A stretch of 58,882 nt of DNA from a virus (Duplodnaviria > Caudoviricetes), in the IMG/VR virus record IMGVR_UViG_3300020463_001991, positions 1 through 58,882 of that record; one strand, 5' to 3'. The notes under the pieces were generated by a model. That model was given only the letters and a program-made list of their open reading frames with translations, did no database searches and was not told where the DNA came from. The translations under genes were made by a program, and so were the position numbers. Of this stretch, positions 58,084-58,882 are shown piece by piece; the first letter of the stretch is position 1; every line of letters starts with the position of its first letter.

Positions 58084-58676
58084 AGAAAATATTTGTTACA
58101 TGGCACGACGTTCAAAGGCAAACACAAGAAATACTACGCCAGATGCAAAAGGAATCGTGGAAGCCAGACTACATTGTTGGCATTACACGTGGCGGCTTAA
58201 ATCCAAGTAACTTGTTAAGTCAATATTTAGATATTACAATGTACACACTTGATGTAAGATTACGTGATGGCAAGCATGTGCCTTGCGAAAGTAACAAAAA
58301 ACTTGCAGAGATTGCATTTGGAATGAACGATGGTAAATCAACTGGTGCACGTTGGGACGTTGGACAACGTAAGAAAATATTAATTGTAGATGATATTAAC
58401 GATTCGGGTGCAACGATAAATTGGATCAAGCAAGATTGGGAACGTACCATTAAAAAAGCAGTTGGAGACACAACTGATATTGGTTATGTATGGGAAACTA
58501 TTTGGAACAAAACTACGAAGTTTGCAGTTTTATTTGATAACACTGCAAGTGAAGCAGAGATTGGTGTTGACTATAGTGCAGAAGAAATTAACAAAGTAGA
58601 CGACCCAAGTTGGATTGTTTTTCCGTGGGAAGAATGGTGGAGCAGATGGGATCCTAACATAGAAATAATGAGGTAG
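58080..58676 (+). CDS. Type I phosphoribosyltransferase (xanthine-guanine PRT-like)
   Basis: IVGITRGGL, ILIVDDINDSGAT, WIVFPWE. Confidence 0.88.
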   Translation: MKKIFVTWHDVQRQTQEILRQMQKESWKPDYIVGITRGGLNPSNLLSQYLDITMYTLDVRLRDGKHVPCESNKKLAEIAFGMNDGKSTGARWDVGQRKKILIVDDINDSGATINWIKQDWERTIKKAVGDTTDIGYVWETIWNKTTKFAVLFDNTASEAEIGVDYSAEEINKVDDPSWIVFPWEEWWSRWDPNIEIMR

Positions 58677-58791
58677 ACTTGTTGCTGATTTGTGCTATAA
58701 TAAAAATAAAGATTAAACTATGATAGAAGAACAATTACCCTTTAAGTTCAAGTTTGCTGAAGCTGGTATAGTTTCTCCAGTAAATACTAGT

Positions 58792-58882
58792 ATGAAAAAA
58801 CAAGGCAAAAAGATGAGAATAGGTCTTATGTTTGGATCAACAACTTCAAATAGTGAACGTACTGCGGAAACTATTTGGAATA
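58792..58882 (+). CDS. Flavodoxin (3'-truncated by window end)
   Basis: Frame reads MKKQGKKMRIGLMFGSTTSNSERTAETIWN, matching the flavodoxin FMN phosphate-binding loop (IG.F.GS.TGNT..A..I). Alternative starts are 58720 and 58813. Confidence 0.65.
   Translation, partial: MKKQGKKMRIGLMFGSTTSNSERTAETIWN

Noticed and set aside
46702-58676. Bacterial chromosome origin for the metabolic gene run (guaC, galE, folE, BMP, fpr, clpP)
   Set aside because: The genes are interleaved with phage-type hypothetical genes, share the same promoters and composition, lack their usual bacterial operon partners, and are contiguous with T4-like replication genes
1-58882. Stop-codon reassignment
   Set aside because: Genes are full length and densely packed under the standard code; TAA, TAG and TGA all end recognisable genes; no suppressor tRNA was seen
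1-58882. CRISPR array, integrase, transposase or rRNA
   Set aside because: No regularly spaced repeats or recognisable motifs were found by eye; the only tandem repeats are short coding or homopolymer ones

Overview
This window is a 58.9-kb segment of a large, AT-rich, T4-like (myovirus/jumbo-type) dsDNA phage genome. The host is inferred to be a Gram-negative, probably marine, proteobacterium. Almost all genes are on the + strand and use the standard code. It carries the end of a virion structural block, replication genes (PolB, clamp-like protein, clamp loader), chaperone/protease genes (GroES, DnaJ, ClpA, ClpP), an endolysin with overlapping spanins, and a run of probable head-internal proteins. 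Auxiliary genes include PhoH, a Na/Pi cotransporter, Dps, purine salvage enzymes, glycosyltransferases and radical SAM enzymes. A 7-deazaguanine DNA-modification set is also present (TGT/DpdA-like, FolE, QueD, a second QueD paralogue). The most striking element is a 269-aa AsnRS-like catalytic core with no anticodon-binding domain, followed 6 nt later by a 103-nt tRNA-Asn(GUU) with a class-II-type body and an 11-bp variable arm: a candidate self-contained minimal synthetase/tRNA pair. Other highlights are a class-3 lipase domain embedded in a virion protein and an unexplained structured intergenic RNA. All calls come from reading motifs by eye; no database searches were run.
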